Below, piece after piece: positions 28,540 to 40,076 of a DNA stretch of 64,000 bases. Every line of letters starts with the position of its first letter. Within the stretch, counting starts at the first letter, position 1. The notes below the pieces were generated by a model that was not told the origin of the DNA, did not search any database, and saw only the letters and a program-made list of their open reading frames with translations. Made by a program: the position numbers and the translations under genes. Where the stretch lies: assembly GCA_951406725.2 (NCBI GenBank), contig OX597819.1:60140001-60204000 (forward strand), read 5' to 3'. Source of the DNA: Octopus vulgaris. Taxonomy: Eukaryota.

Positions 28540-28980
28540 ATTTTTGCTCCAAATTTCTGGTGCTTCAACGTGGATACAATACAACAGTCTCATTTAAAAG
28601 GTTGTCATTCAGAGTGGGTCATCTTCCAGATAGAATCTTGTCAGATATATCACAACTGCCATCTTTAAACCTTTTAAACCACAGCTGATATGTATGAGCT
28701 TTCACTGCATCTGGATACACTTCATAAATGTTTTTCATTGTTTCTGTTGTGGTACTTTTCTTTCGAAACTCCTACAGAAGGCAATGACAAATATGGTGTT
28801 TCATGAAGTTCTTATCTTCTATGGGGTTAATTACCAAAATAACTATGAGTAACACACTGTCAGACAGAGGAAATAACATACTATTTCTGGACAGTTCCTA
28901 CCCATTGGTGTTAACATGATTGGTTGATTCATATTTCATAGTGGTGAAAAAAAGCAACTACTTTACGAACATCCTGATAT
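28540..28980 (-). mobile_element. Mariner 5' fragment (TIR + HTH region of transposase)
   Basis: Minus strand TATCAGG.TGTTCGTAAAGTAGTTGC TIR-like end, then HICHCLL*EFRKKSTTTETMKNIYEVYPDAVKAHTYQLWFKRFKDG. Confidence 0.72.
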
Positions 28981-29001
28981 ACATCTCTCTCTCTCTCTCT
29001 G

Positions 29002-29044
<43 letters not shown>

Positions 29045-29048
<4 letters not shown>

Positions 29049-30410
29049 CAAAAATGGGACAAGAATGCAAAACATCCATACAGTTAGGTGAAACAAAAAA
29101 AAGGACAACAAAATATTCAGACAGACGATACAAGGAAAACAAGGACGGATCATTCAGAGTTTTCTATCCTCAGTCGAGTTCCAGATTATCTTTGCAATTT
29201 TGGCTGGTTATACTCGAGATTGCTCCAATCGGGCCAGCCCCAAGGAAAAAATAAGCTAAGAGCATTACATTCCTTGGAAGAAAGCTGCGAATGTATAAGG
29301 ACTGAAAAAGAAAACAGAAATGTTACAGAAATACAAATAACAGGACATAACAGATGTCTTTTAACTAAGGAGGAATTGAATTAAGCTGGCGTGTGTGGAA
29401 GTAAAGCCTTACGGTAGGGACATAAGATTTAGCATGCACAGGAAGGAATATTGATGTTGCACGGACAGTAGTCCAACTAAGAAAGAAAGGTCAGGCCTGG
29501 CCGAACACTGGTCACGTGAGGAGAGAAAGGAGAGAGCTAGAGGCAGAGGGATAGAAGAATTAAGGAGGGGGAGAGAAAAAATGTAAGAGACACAGTGAAG
29601 TGAAAGAGAGAAAGTGAGAATGAAGAGAAGGCCAGGAAATGTGAGAGAGGGGGAACGAAAGAACTAAGAGTGGAATGAACAAAGTGTGAAAAGGCTGAGA
29701 GAAAGAAGGAAAGAATGAAAGAATACAAAGAACAATAGAGTCGTACAAAATTTAGATATATATACTTACATATAAGAGACCACAGTATATATATATATAT
29801 CATCATATAGTGAAAAAATATATAATAAAAGGAGGGAAATACACTCAATTTATATATTTTTATTATATTTTAAAGGATAGAGTATTATGGTAGTCGATCA
29901 GTTTTGTGTTTTGCTAATCATGACATTGAAATTGGTGAAAATATTGCCATTTTGTAATTTTTTAGTCTATATTGTTTGTATAAGAGTTTGTTTGTAAATA
30001 AATCAGCAAGTAGAAAAAAATCTAAGGGGAGGTAATTGCACTTGGGGAGGGTAAATTTATATAAACTCATGAGTTAAAGTAATGAGATAAAATATGCACA
30101 GTGTTGGTTATGCATTCACAAATTAAAATATTTATAAAATCCAAAATTGGTTATGCGTTCATATTCAGGCATGATTTGTATTTTTTAATATATATACTTT
30201 CTTTATTTAATCATTCTTGTATAGAAATTGTTTGCTTGCTCTGGTAGATGGGGAAAATCGTGAAATTAGGTTGGAGATTCCCTGCACATCTTTCTATGTA
30301 TTCACTCAATGATATCTGTCTATACCTTGAGAAACAGATCAGTTCCTTATGCAGTGTAGTTCTCCATCTAAGAGACGTCGTTGTTTGGCCTATATAGTTG
30401 TGTCTGAAAA
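29045..30410 (-). mobile_element. 3' fragment of a second Penelope-like family (GIY-YIG C-terminus + 3' region)
   Basis: Minus strand 30405-30163 reads RHNYIGQTTTSLRWRTTLHKELICFSRYRQISLSEYIERCAGNLQPNFTIFPIYQSKQTISIQE*LNKESIYIKKYKSCLN; the fragment terminates in (TA)n at about 29040. Confidence 0.75.
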
Positions 30411-30559
30411 ACGTTATTCCAAAAATTACCTGAACAAGTTATCACATAAATTTAATTTTGGGATTCACCGGTGAAATTGGTCTTAACTGTGTATCTCTGT
30501 CCTTGTTGAACAAACAAGGAAAAAAGACTGTTCTGAAATAAATACAGAGAATACCCCAG

Positions 30560-31080
30560 TTATTGAATTTGTACTCAAATATCAGCATAAGGAATAATGG
30601 TGGGACATTCACATCAAAATATCTGTCAAGTGCAAACATAACAGGCCAGATATTGTTGTTTGGGATAGACAAGAAAAAGTATGTACTGTCATAGAGGTCA
30701 GCTATCCTGCTGCTGTGAATATCTTTCAAAATCACAGAGAAAGGAAATATCTATGGACAACTGCTTCAAAATCTCCAGATTCTATATCCGGATTACAAAT
30801 TTACATTTATATCAATAAAAATTGGAATATTTAGTTTTATAAGTAGATGCCTGACTCGCAGTCTGGATAAGCTTGGATTTTCAGACAAAGAAATCAACCA
30901 ACTGATTAGTGCATTACTAATATAGTCTGTATCTGGAGCAGTAAAAGTATGCAAGACTTTTCTCAGGTTTAAAATGTGACATTGCTTTCGTTATCTACAT
31001 TCTAAAAATGGAGCTTTGTATCTTTGTTAGAAACCAGCTCCTTCTTCAGAGGAAGAATTTAAATGACTAAAAAACAGAAA
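30560..31080 (+). mobile_element. REL-endonuclease LINE C-terminal fragment (R4/NeSL-like)
   Basis: WWDIHIKISVKCKHNRPDIVVWDRQEKVCTVIEVSYP..YGQLLQNLQILYPDYKF..VKVCKTFLRFKM*. Confidence 0.78.
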
Positions 31081-31094
31081 AGATATATATACAT

Positions 31095-31495
31095 CGCAGG
31101 AGTGGCTGTGTGGTAAGTAGCTTGCTTACAAACCACATGGTTTGGGGTTCAGTCCCACTGCATGGCACCTTGGGTAAGTATCTCCTACTATAGCCTCAGG
31201 ATTTGGAGACGAAAACTGGAAGAAGCCTGTTGTATATATATTCATATGTGTGTGTGTGTATCTGTATGTATATGTGTGTATATGTTTGTGTGTTTTGTAG
31301 TCCCCCACCATCGCTTGACAATTGATGTTGGTGTGTTTACATCCCCATAACTTAGTGGTTCAGCAAAAGAGACCATTAGAATAAGTACTAGGCTTACAAA
31401 GAGTAAGTCCTGGAGTCGATTTGTTCGACTAAAGGTGATGCTCCAACATGGCCGCAGTCAACCAACTGAAACAAATAAAAGAATAAAAGAAAAGA
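31095..31495 (+). mobile_element. SINE family B
   Basis: Head with a small deletion, microsatellite centre, tail. Confidence 0.85.
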
Positions 31496-31826
31496 ACATA
31501 TTTACATATATGTTCATACATGAATATTCATTGTCTGAATTTTTCAGTTTTTGTTTTTTTTCTAATTTACATGTTTATTCTTTTATTCTTTTATATGTTT
31601 CAGCCCTAAGACTGTGACCATGTATGTATATTTTATATATCTAACACAAGCGATTTTGTTTGTTTATTTGCATCATTATCTCCATACCTGCTCACCTGGA
31701 TTCCTCTTATACTCATTCTTTACACTGGATTCAGTTCACGGTAAAGATTTTCAAGTGTAAGTTCAAATCATTTCAGCACTATTAAGCATGTTCTATATTG
31801 AGTATCTCTGGATCTCAACTGTTGAC

Positions 31827-31875
<49 letters not shown>

Positions 31876-32154
31876 CTTAGATAGATAGCCAACAACTGAT
31901 GAAGGGTTGTTTTTTGTGTTACTTGTCCTGTTTTCCATTTTTTCTCTCATTGTTTGCATAGTTAACTCATTTGTCTTCATACTTCATGTTGTTTACACAC
32001 TTGGTGACATCCTGTACCCATTTATGCATATATATATATCCATATACATATTATTTATATTATATTACACATATATACATACCTGGCATTTGCCATGATA
32101 GATCGCTAGCCACTGGACCTTTATTATTTTCTTGGCCTGCTTATTTCTGTGTTC

Positions 32155-32190
32155 CTTTCTGTTGAAGAGTGTAGGCTCGAAATGTAAAAG
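32155..32190 (+). ncRNA. Degenerate minimal hammerhead-like motif in a probable Penelope pLTR fragment
   Basis: CTTT-CTGTTGA-A-GAG-TGTAGG-CTC-GAAA-T-GTA-AAAG: stems I and II pair; the core has substitutions. The fragment ends in a TA tract at about 32280. Confidence 0.55.
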
Positions 32191-32280
32191 ACTTTCTCAC
32201 TTCCTAACTGTTAAACTAATACATCTGTTTGTTGTTTACACACTTGTCTTCATCTTTTGTTTTTTGTAAACTCTCACTAT

Positions 32281-32450
32281 ATATATATATATATACATAT
32301 ATATTATTTATATTATTATTCTATATATATACATATATATTATTTATATTATTATTCTATATATATACATATATATTATTTATATTATTATTCTATATAT
32401 ATACATATTATTTATATTTTATATATACATATTATTTATATTATATATAT
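32281..32450. repeat. AT-rich 36-bp minisatellite
   Basis: Unit ATATATACATATATATTATTTATATTATTATTCTAT, three copies plus degenerate ones. Confidence 0.85.
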
Positions 32451-32453
32451 ATG

Positions 32454-32967
32454 CAGGGTGGCCCAAAAGTAGGTTTACAGTTATTCAACTATTTCTTTCG
32501 CATTCATATATTAACAGTTTAGAACTGTTCTTTCAGCAAGATGGAGCACCTCCACATTATCCGTTGACAGTAAGACACTACCTTAACCAAGCCTTTCCAC
32601 AACATTGGTTTGGAAGACAGGGCAGCAGCGAATGGCTGACACCAATGGATTTCTTGTTTTGGGGTGTTGTAAAAAGCAAGGTTTATGAGAAGAATTTCAA
32701 AACAGTAAGTATTTCTGACGCATTCACCGAAATTGATGGAGATCGGAATTTGCGCTGCATTGTGTGTCAGAGTGTTCTGAAGAGGTTTGAAGAATGAGGC
32801 AATGTTGAAGGAGGACATTTTGAGCATCTGAGAAATTAAACTTTGTCTGTTTAAGGTATGCATAAAAAATATAATTGTAAGATACAAATTTAAATGTAAT
32901 AAAATGTTTTTAAAAGAAATTTAAAGTGCCTACATGATAACTGTAAACCTACTTTTGGGCCACCCTG
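32454..32967 (+). mobile_element. Tc1/mariner-superfamily non-autonomous element with 31-bp TIRs and a transposase remnant
   Basis: CAGGGTGGCCCAAAAGTAGGTTTACAGTTAT ... ATAACTGTAAACCTACTTTTGGGCCACCCTG-TA; remnant FQQDGAPPHY..VRHYLNQAFPQHWFGR..LTPMDFLFWGVVKSKVY. Confidence 0.85.
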
Positions 32968-33912
32968 TACACATCATCATCATCATCATTGTTTAACGTC
33001 TGCTTTCCATGTTGGCTCCAATCTGATCTGGCAGAGTTTCTACAGCTTGATGCCCTTCCTAACGCCAACCACTCTAAGAGTGTAGTGGGTGCTTTTACGT
33101 GCCACTGGCATGAGGGCCAGTCAGGATGTACTGGCAATGGCCACGCTCAAATGGTGTTTTTACGTGTCACCTGCACAGGAGCCAGTCCAGCAGCACTGGC
33201 AACGCCCTCGCTCAAACATATATATATATATTATGGGCTTCTTTTAGTAAATCCACTCATAAGGCTTTGGTTGGCTCAAAGCTATAGTAGAAGATACTTG
33301 CCCAATGTGAACTCAAGACCAGATGATTGAGAAGCAAGCTTCCCAACCCCACAGCCACGCCTGTACCTATTCAAATTTACTTAACGTTGTAGATTTGCCT
33401 TGGCGTACTTATGAGATTGATAGTTGACAACCTTTATGTTACCTGCGTAAAAATAATGTTCACGCCTACAAACACTTTCATTTGTGTAAACTAAACATAG
33501 CAAAACTACAAAGAAAAGAAAAAAAGAAAAGATAGAAAATAAAAAGGACAAACTGGCTCACAAAATATGTGAAGTGCTTAGATTATGGAGTGAATGCAAA
33601 CCACAAAACCTAAGTGTTAAGTCAACTGAAAACTGTACATCAACATGAAGTAGAGCAGAACAGAGTGTTGTTGGCTAAATCATTATCTTAACTTTTCTAT
33701 TTACTGATCAACAAAGTATAGCTCAACAAGATCACACTGAGGATCACAGTAAATTAGGACTTATTCTTTGTAAGCTTAGTACTTATTCGATTGGTGTCTT
33801 TTGCTGAACTGCTAAGTTACAGAGATGTAAATACACCAACATTAATTGTCAAGTGATGGTGGGGGAGAAAAATACAGACACACAAATACATATACATATA
33901 TGTGTGTGTATG

Positions 33913-33963
<51 letters not shown>

Positions 33964-33981
33964 GGTCACGGGTCATAACCC

Positions 33982-34525
33982 GAAGCCATAACCCATGGCC
34001 CCTACCTGGGACGTAGTCAGTCCACCTGTGCATACCTTCCTTCTTGTGACACTTGTGAAGACCTGTTGAGGCAAATGAAAATCAAATCAAATCAAACCAA
34101 ATCAAAATAGATGAACATCAATGGAATTTGTATCCTTGTGGTACCAGTGCCGGTGGCACATAAGAAAACCATCCGAACGTGGCCGTAGCCAGTACCGCAT
34201 CGACTGGCCTCCGTGCTGTGGGCACGTAACAAGCACCATCCGATCGTGGCCGTTCGCCAGCCTCGTCTGGCACCTGTGTCGGTGGCACATAAAAAACACC
34301 ATCCGAGCGTGGCCGTCTGCCAGCCTCGTCTGGCACCTGTGTTGGTGGCACATAAAATCACCCACTACACTCTCGGAGTGGTTGGCGTTAGGAAGGGCAT
34401 CCAGCTGTAGAAACACTGCCAGATCTGACTGGCCTGGTGCAGCCTTCGGGCTTACCAGACCCCAGTTGAACCGTCCAACCCATGCTAGCATGGAAAGCAG
34501 ACGTTAAACGATGATGATGATGATG

Positions 34526-34527
<2 letters not shown>
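33982..34527 (+). mobile_element. 3' UTR of the same RTE family, near-identical to 61755-62435
   Basis: Reverse complement aligns almost base for base with 61755-62435 but has two rather than four identical 63-bp units; (ATG)n tail. Confidence 0.88.
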
Positions 34528-34556
<29 letters not shown>

Positions 34557-34631
34557 CATATATATATATATGTATATATATACATACATACATATATATA
34601 TTTATATATATATATATATGTATATATATAT

Positions 34632-35754
34632 ACCCCTCCACACCGACAAAGCATACGCGACAACCCTCATCCACCGGACCACAGACTTTATTAGAAGAAT
34701 TAGGTGGGCGGCCTACCATTTTGATAACCCGGGAAAAAGCAACCCCAACTCTAACCAAGAAGAAATAATACACAGGAAAATATTTAAAAGTAGAAGAAAC
34801 CCACCCCCTAACCACACACTGGAAAATTTCGAAAGAGACTTAATCGACCTTATTACCAACATCAACATTAGTAAACATAAGACCATTTCCAACACCCACT
34901 TAGGGAGCCTTAAAGATTTCCTGCATTCGCTTAGGAACGATGATAGTCTTATCCTACCCGCCGACAAAACTGGGAACTGGTATAAGTTGGACTACCAAAC
35001 CTACAACTCGCTCATCATGAGAGAGCTTAACAAAAAATATAAAACTACATCTACAGATAACCTTAAGGAAATTAACTACAAAATCAAAGAAGTTATGACC
35101 AAATTGGACCTCCTAGACAGAACGGAACCAATCAAACCACAGGAACCTAAAATCAGCATTAAGGACCACAAGAAAGACTTCCCGGATAACGTAGGAGTAC
35201 GGTTAATCTGTCCGACTAAATCGGATATAGGCAGACTCAGTAAGACTATCCTAGACAAGGTGATCCCACGCATCAAACCCCACATCCCACTCCAACTATG
35301 GATTAACACCGACGATGTGCTGGAATGGTTTAACACAATCACCAACAGACCCAACTACTCATTCATCCAGTTTGACATAGCTAACTATTACGCCAGTATA
35401 TCCCCCATCTTACTTAACAAATCCCTTATGTATGCCCGCAGCCTTTCGCTTATAGACAGAGAAAAAATCAACATTATACTATTAGCCAGAAAAACTATAA
35501 TAGAATTCGACGGTAAACTTTGGACCAGATCCGATACTCCTGAAAACTTTGATGTGGCTATGGGCTCGAGTGATTCAGCTCAGGTGACTGACTTGGTCGG
35601 GGCCTACCTACTCAAGAAGCTATTCTCCGAGGTACCGGACCTACAGGGGGGTCTCTACAGAGATGATGCTCTCTTCATATACCCCACTAACAATAGGAGT
35701 AAACTAGAAAGAATTAGGAAAAAGATCAGACTATTCTCAAATCCTTCAATCTAA
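34632..35754 (+). CDS. Penelope-like RT, N-terminal and core part (ORF broken by a 1-nt frameshift near 35737)
   Basis: Motifs [68 protein letters not shown] (35656-35667). The first ~20 aa of the computed ORF come from the TA tract. Confidence 0.9.
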
Positions 35755-37097
35755 AACTAGAATTTATGACTAACACGAAAATAGTAAACTTCTTAGATGT
35801 TACGTTAGACTTGAACAAGCACCTTCACCACCCGTATAGGAAACCCGAAGAAACAACTAGATATATCCACACCTCTTCCAACCACCCACCCTGTATAATT
35901 AACACCACGGTCCAAGCCATCTCAGACAGACTCACTAAGCTATCCTCCAACAGAGATATATTCAATAATCACGCACACCACTACAACCAGGCTCTCTCTA
36001 GTGCTGGGTATACCCAGAGAATATCCTATGTAAACCCCCCAGGAACGTCCGTCAGCTGTAAAACTCCCACTTATAAACGAACTCCGTATTCAACCCAAGC
36101 TAACGCTAATTCTAATTTAACTTCTAAGCAATGTATAGGAAAAAAGCGAACCAATAGAATAGTACGCAATGATAACCCTTCCGACGAGAGTAACACCGAT
36201 CATATTAGGAGAAACAGAGGTGGAAACAGTAGATTACGTAAATATATATGGTACAACATACCATACAACATAGCAGTTAAGGGTAAATTATGTAAGAGAA
36301 TATTCTCTATTATTTCCAACAACTTCCCACCCACCCATAAGTATAGAAGTATCTTCTCCAACAAAACCATTAGGATCTCCTACTCTACCCTGCCCAACAT
36401 GAGCTGCCTCATAGCTAAGCATAACAATATTAACTTTAGAACAGCTAGATTAGGAGCAGGCTATAACAACCAATCGAACCCCATTCATCCAGGCAGTAGT
36501 CAATATAATTGGGCTGGCAACCATAATACCCAAACAGTTAGTAATAACACCCGTCAACACAACATAGGCAACACCACACCCATCAACAACCAGGAGGATA
36601 ACAGTGCTCCTACACTTAATGCAACACCTTCGCCTGGAACTAATAGCACACGACCGGGAAATGCAGTGCACTGCAACTGCATAAGTGCATCCGAATGTCC
36701 GTTACGTGGTGAATGTCGGGCTAAAAACGTAATCTATTCATGTGAGGTGAGTACCCAGTTTAACACACTCACCTACATAGGTTGCTCGACCTCCTGGAAA
36801 TCCAGATACTACAACCACCGGTCCTCGTTCAAGCATAGACATAAAGCTAGCAGCACCTCCCTATCTAAGAAAATTTGGGAATTAAAAGACAATAGCATAG
36901 GTTTCAAACTCAGGTGGTCCATCATCGGATCAGCTGCACCTTATTTAAATAATAGAGCAGGATGCCAGCTATGTTGTGTAGAACTCCTGAATATCTTGAA
37001 ATTCAAGGAGAAACACAATCTAATTAACAAAAGGTCAGAATTCAAGCCCTCTTGTATACACAAACTAACCAATACTTTTAAATACTACAAAGCTTAG
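35739..37097 (+). CDS. Penelope-like RT thumb + CxC zinc knuckle + GIY-YIG endonuclease
   Basis: VNFLDVTLDL, PYRKP, YIHTSSNHPP, IWYNIPYN, ISYSTLPNM, CNCISASECPLRGEC, NVIYSC..TYIGC, WKSRYYNHRSSF, CQLCCVE, LINKRSE..CIH. Confidence 0.9.
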   Translation, partial: KSFNLKLEFMTNTKIVNFLDVTLDLNKHLHHPYRKPEETTRYIHTSSNHPPCIINTTVQAISDRLTKLSSNRDIFNNHAHHYNQALSSAGYTQRISYVNPPGTSVSCKTPTYKRTPYSTQANANSNLTSKQCIGKKRTNRIVRNDNPSDESNTDHIRRNRGGNSRLRKYIWYNIPYNIAVKGKLCKRIFSIISNNFPPTHKYRSIFSNKTIRISYSTLPNMSCLIAKHNNINFRTARLGAGYNNQSNPIHPGSSQYNWAGNHNTQTVSNNTRQHNIGNTTPINNQEDNSAPTLNATPSPGTNSTRPGNAVHCNCISASECPLRGECRAKNVIYSCEVSTQFNTLTYIGCSTSWKSRYYNHRSSFKHRHKASSTSLSKKIWELKDNSIGFKLRWSIIGSAAPYLNNRAGCQLCCVELLNILKFKEKHNLINKRSEFKPSCIHKLTNTFKYYKA

Positions 37098-39119
37098 GCT
37101 ATTATACCAACTCCCCCATGCAATTTCCTCCCATCCAAGTGCAACTTGTCGGCTCCAGCGCATCCCGTTTTTTTCCCTATATATATATATATTTTCTTTC
37201 CTATATATACATATTTTGTCTCCCATATATTTTTTTCCCTATATATTTCTTTTCCTACACCTACCTTCTTCCTATATAGATATTTTGTTTCCCTATATAT
37301 ATACCTTTTTCCATTTCTAGCTCTGATGTTGAGCGCACACCACCAAACCCCGCTTCCCACCCTTCCAATTTTCAGTTCCTCTCCCCGCCCCTAGGTGGTC
37401 ACCTTTAACACACACCTATAATTTTACATTTTCAACCACCCTTTATTTTTACCTTCATTTCATGTTAACCTTTACCCGATTACCTTTTTATTTTATTTTA
37501 TTTTTTTTTATTTTTATTTTTTATTTCTAATTTTTATTTTTACCCTTATTCTTACTTCTATTTTTACCCCTATTTTATCACTTTTTATCTCTATATATGT
37601 CTATTTTTAGCTCTTTTTTCCTTATTTGCTTATCTATGTATCCGCTTATATGCTTATAAGTGTGTCTGTGTATGTATGTATATGTATATATGTGTATGCG
37701 TATGAATAAGTATCTGTGTTTATATGTGTACCCCCTTTTTTTATACTTTTTTAAATAATTTTTTTTACATGCTTTTGTGTATTTTTTATATATTTTTTTA
37801 TTCATTTTTTAATATTTTTATATATATCTATGCCTATTTGTGTGTGTGTCTGTGTATGTATGTGTATGTGTACACGCATATATAGACACACAGATGTGTG
37901 TGTGTGCGTGTGGATACGTGTGCGTGGGTCTGTGTGTATGTATATATGCGTGTGTGTATGTATGCGTGTGTGTGTATGTATGCACATATATATGTGCGTG
38001 TGTGTGTATATGTATGTATGTATATGTATATGTGTATATTTATGTATATACATATATGTATATATATATGTGTGTATATGTGTGTGTGTGTGTATATATA
38101 TGTATATGCATATTGTCCGTGTATATATATGTATATTCTGTTATAATTTCTTGCCCGCAAGTTTCTTACGTTCATGTCTACCTTCTGTACCCACTATAAT
38201 TCCGTATCTTGCCCGTGTGTGAGAATGGATCTATTTGTTATACCTGTGTCTGTGCATATGCATACTTTTGTGTATATGCATAGGGGTCTACTCCCCCATG
38301 TGCGTGGGTGTGGGCATGAGTGTAGGTGTATGCATATTTTTGCCCATACGCAAAGAGATTCACTTCGTCTTGTGCATGCATGTAAGTGCGAGTGTGCCTA
38401 TATGAACGCATGTGCGTGTATGTATATACGTACGTATGCGCGTCGGTTCGTGTACCCAACTACATGTGCCTTTTTCCGTATATATCTGTATATGTTTCCA
38501 CAAGAGTACGTATGTATGCTTGTATGCGTGTGGTTGTGTATGCGTGCGTATATGTACGCGTGTATATGTGTGTATGTATCCATGCGTGTATGTATGTACA
38601 TGCTGACCACTAGACACGTAACGAGGAACTAGATAAGCAGTTTGACCAGACAACTCTATACACTAGGTCCCCAGACGCCCTGGTTGATTTATGACACCCA
38701 TGGCTTCTTTTACATTTTTATATTCTTATATCCTTTATATTTCTGATAATTTTTTATAACTTTATATCTTCATTTATACTCTTTATATCTTATATTTCTA
38801 TACTTATATTCTTTTATCTTTCACATTTTTATATTTTTTTATCCTTCGTCCTGAATTCTCGCCCCTCCATCTTTATCCCTATTTACTCTTATTACCAGGT
38901 TCCTTCACGTCTGTCTGTATTTATATATGTATATATTTATTTATTCATTTATTTATATTACCTCAACATCCAAACTTCCTCATTCTACATTGAGAGAAGA
39001 ACGAGATGGACGCTTCATTTTTGTGCTGGTGCCGCATTATGTCGTACGCGAATGAGAGGATTTGCATCCCCAACGTAGAATTTTTGATGTAATACATGTC
39101 CTTGAGGTAGTAATTGTGC

Positions 39120-39197
39120 GCGGCTGAAGAAGGCCATAGACACACATTATGCATTGTTATAAATCCGTCTAATAAAGGCCCGAAACATATGTACCGC
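39120..39197 (+). ncRNA. Type I hammerhead ribozyme in the Penelope-like element 3' region
   Basis: GCGG-CTGAAGA-a-GGCC...GGCC-c-GAAA-C-ATAT-GTA-CCGC: stem I GCGG/CCGC, stem II GGCC/GGCC extended by TAGAC/GTCTA, palindromic stem III ACATATGT. Confidence 0.8.
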
Positions 39198-39299
39198 TGA
39201 ATTCTTGGCATCATGTTTTTATTTTGATTAATTTACTCCACCACCTACACCACCAAACGGTATATACAGGTGCTTACAATTATCAAGTACTCACTCTGA

Positions 39300-39345
<46 letters not shown>

Positions 39346-39377
39346 GTTATTTAAAGCAGCAGAAAATTCAACAAAAC

Positions 39378-39415
39378 CTGTTACTCTGAGTTTCCCGTTG
39401 CCGTTCATCGGACAG
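39378..39415 (-). ncRNA. Minimal hammerhead-like motif (core variant CCGAUGA)
   Basis: Minus strand CTGT-CCGATGA-ACGGCAACGG-GAAA-CTCAGA-GTA-ACAG: stem I CTGT/ACAG, CG-GCAA-CG stem II, near-palindromic ACTC-A-GAGT stem III. Confidence 0.6.
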
Positions 39416-39802
39416 TTTTTGCTAGAATGGATCCGATATGTCAATTCTATCCAGACTATTACAAACGCTACACCTTTAAAAAAATGGACTTGTTTGATTG
39501 GCCCTTTAGAAATAACGGTCAATCTTCGAGCGATAAACAAAAATGAGCTCAAAAATATATATATGTATATATGTAAAAAATTATAAAAATTATAAAATTT
39601 GAGGAAAAACCTTACATTGAATAAAATACATATTGACCTTAATGAAGGAAATATAATTAATACATGGAAATTAAAATGCATCAAAAATATTACACTGCAA
39701 TACATATTCATGTTAAAGTATACATATATATATCAACATACACTCTACCACTGGTATTTGAGTACTCTTTTTTCCACCTTGTTTCACATTTATGTGTTTA
39801 CT

Positions 39803-39866
<64 letters not shown>

Positions 39867-40076
39867 CATACATACATATATACATACATATATATACATA
39901 TATATATATACACATATATACATACATATCTAACGCGCTTCTTTCAGCTTCTGTCAACTAAATCCACTCACAAATCCATAGCACGAGGCTATAGTAAGGG
40001 ACACTTGCTGAAGGTGCAATGCAGTGGGACTGAACCCAGAACCATGTGGTTGGGAATATATATATGCATACACACA

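Larger units (their letters stand above)
34632..39302 (+). mobile_element. Penelope-like retroelement, Naiad-type (RT + GIY-YIG), slightly 5' truncated, with long 3' region
   Basis: Two consecutive ORFs encoding RT and GIY-YIG; TA-rich microsatellite on both sides (34527-34631 and 39303-39343); hammerhead motif at 39120-39197. Confidence 0.9.

Noticed and set aside
29143-29178. Minus-strand CTGAGGA...GAATGATCCGTC in the second PLE's 3' region
   Set aside because: The position suits a pLTR hammerhead, but GAAA and stem I are broken; at most a dead remnant.
30211-30213. In-frame TGA in the GIY-YIG fragment as possible selenocysteine
   Set aside because: It falls where an Arg is expected (R..KE), so CGA-to-TGA decay is the simpler explanation; no SECIS seen.
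35725-35770. Programmed ribosomal frameshift between the two Naiad ORFs
   Set aside because: No canonical slippery heptamer at the shift, and PLEs normally use one ORF; a 1-nt deletion or sequencing error explains it.
39103-39120. TGAGGTAGTA match to the let-7 5' end
   Set aside because: Only 10 nt match, no precursor hairpin is visible, and it lies inside a retroelement.
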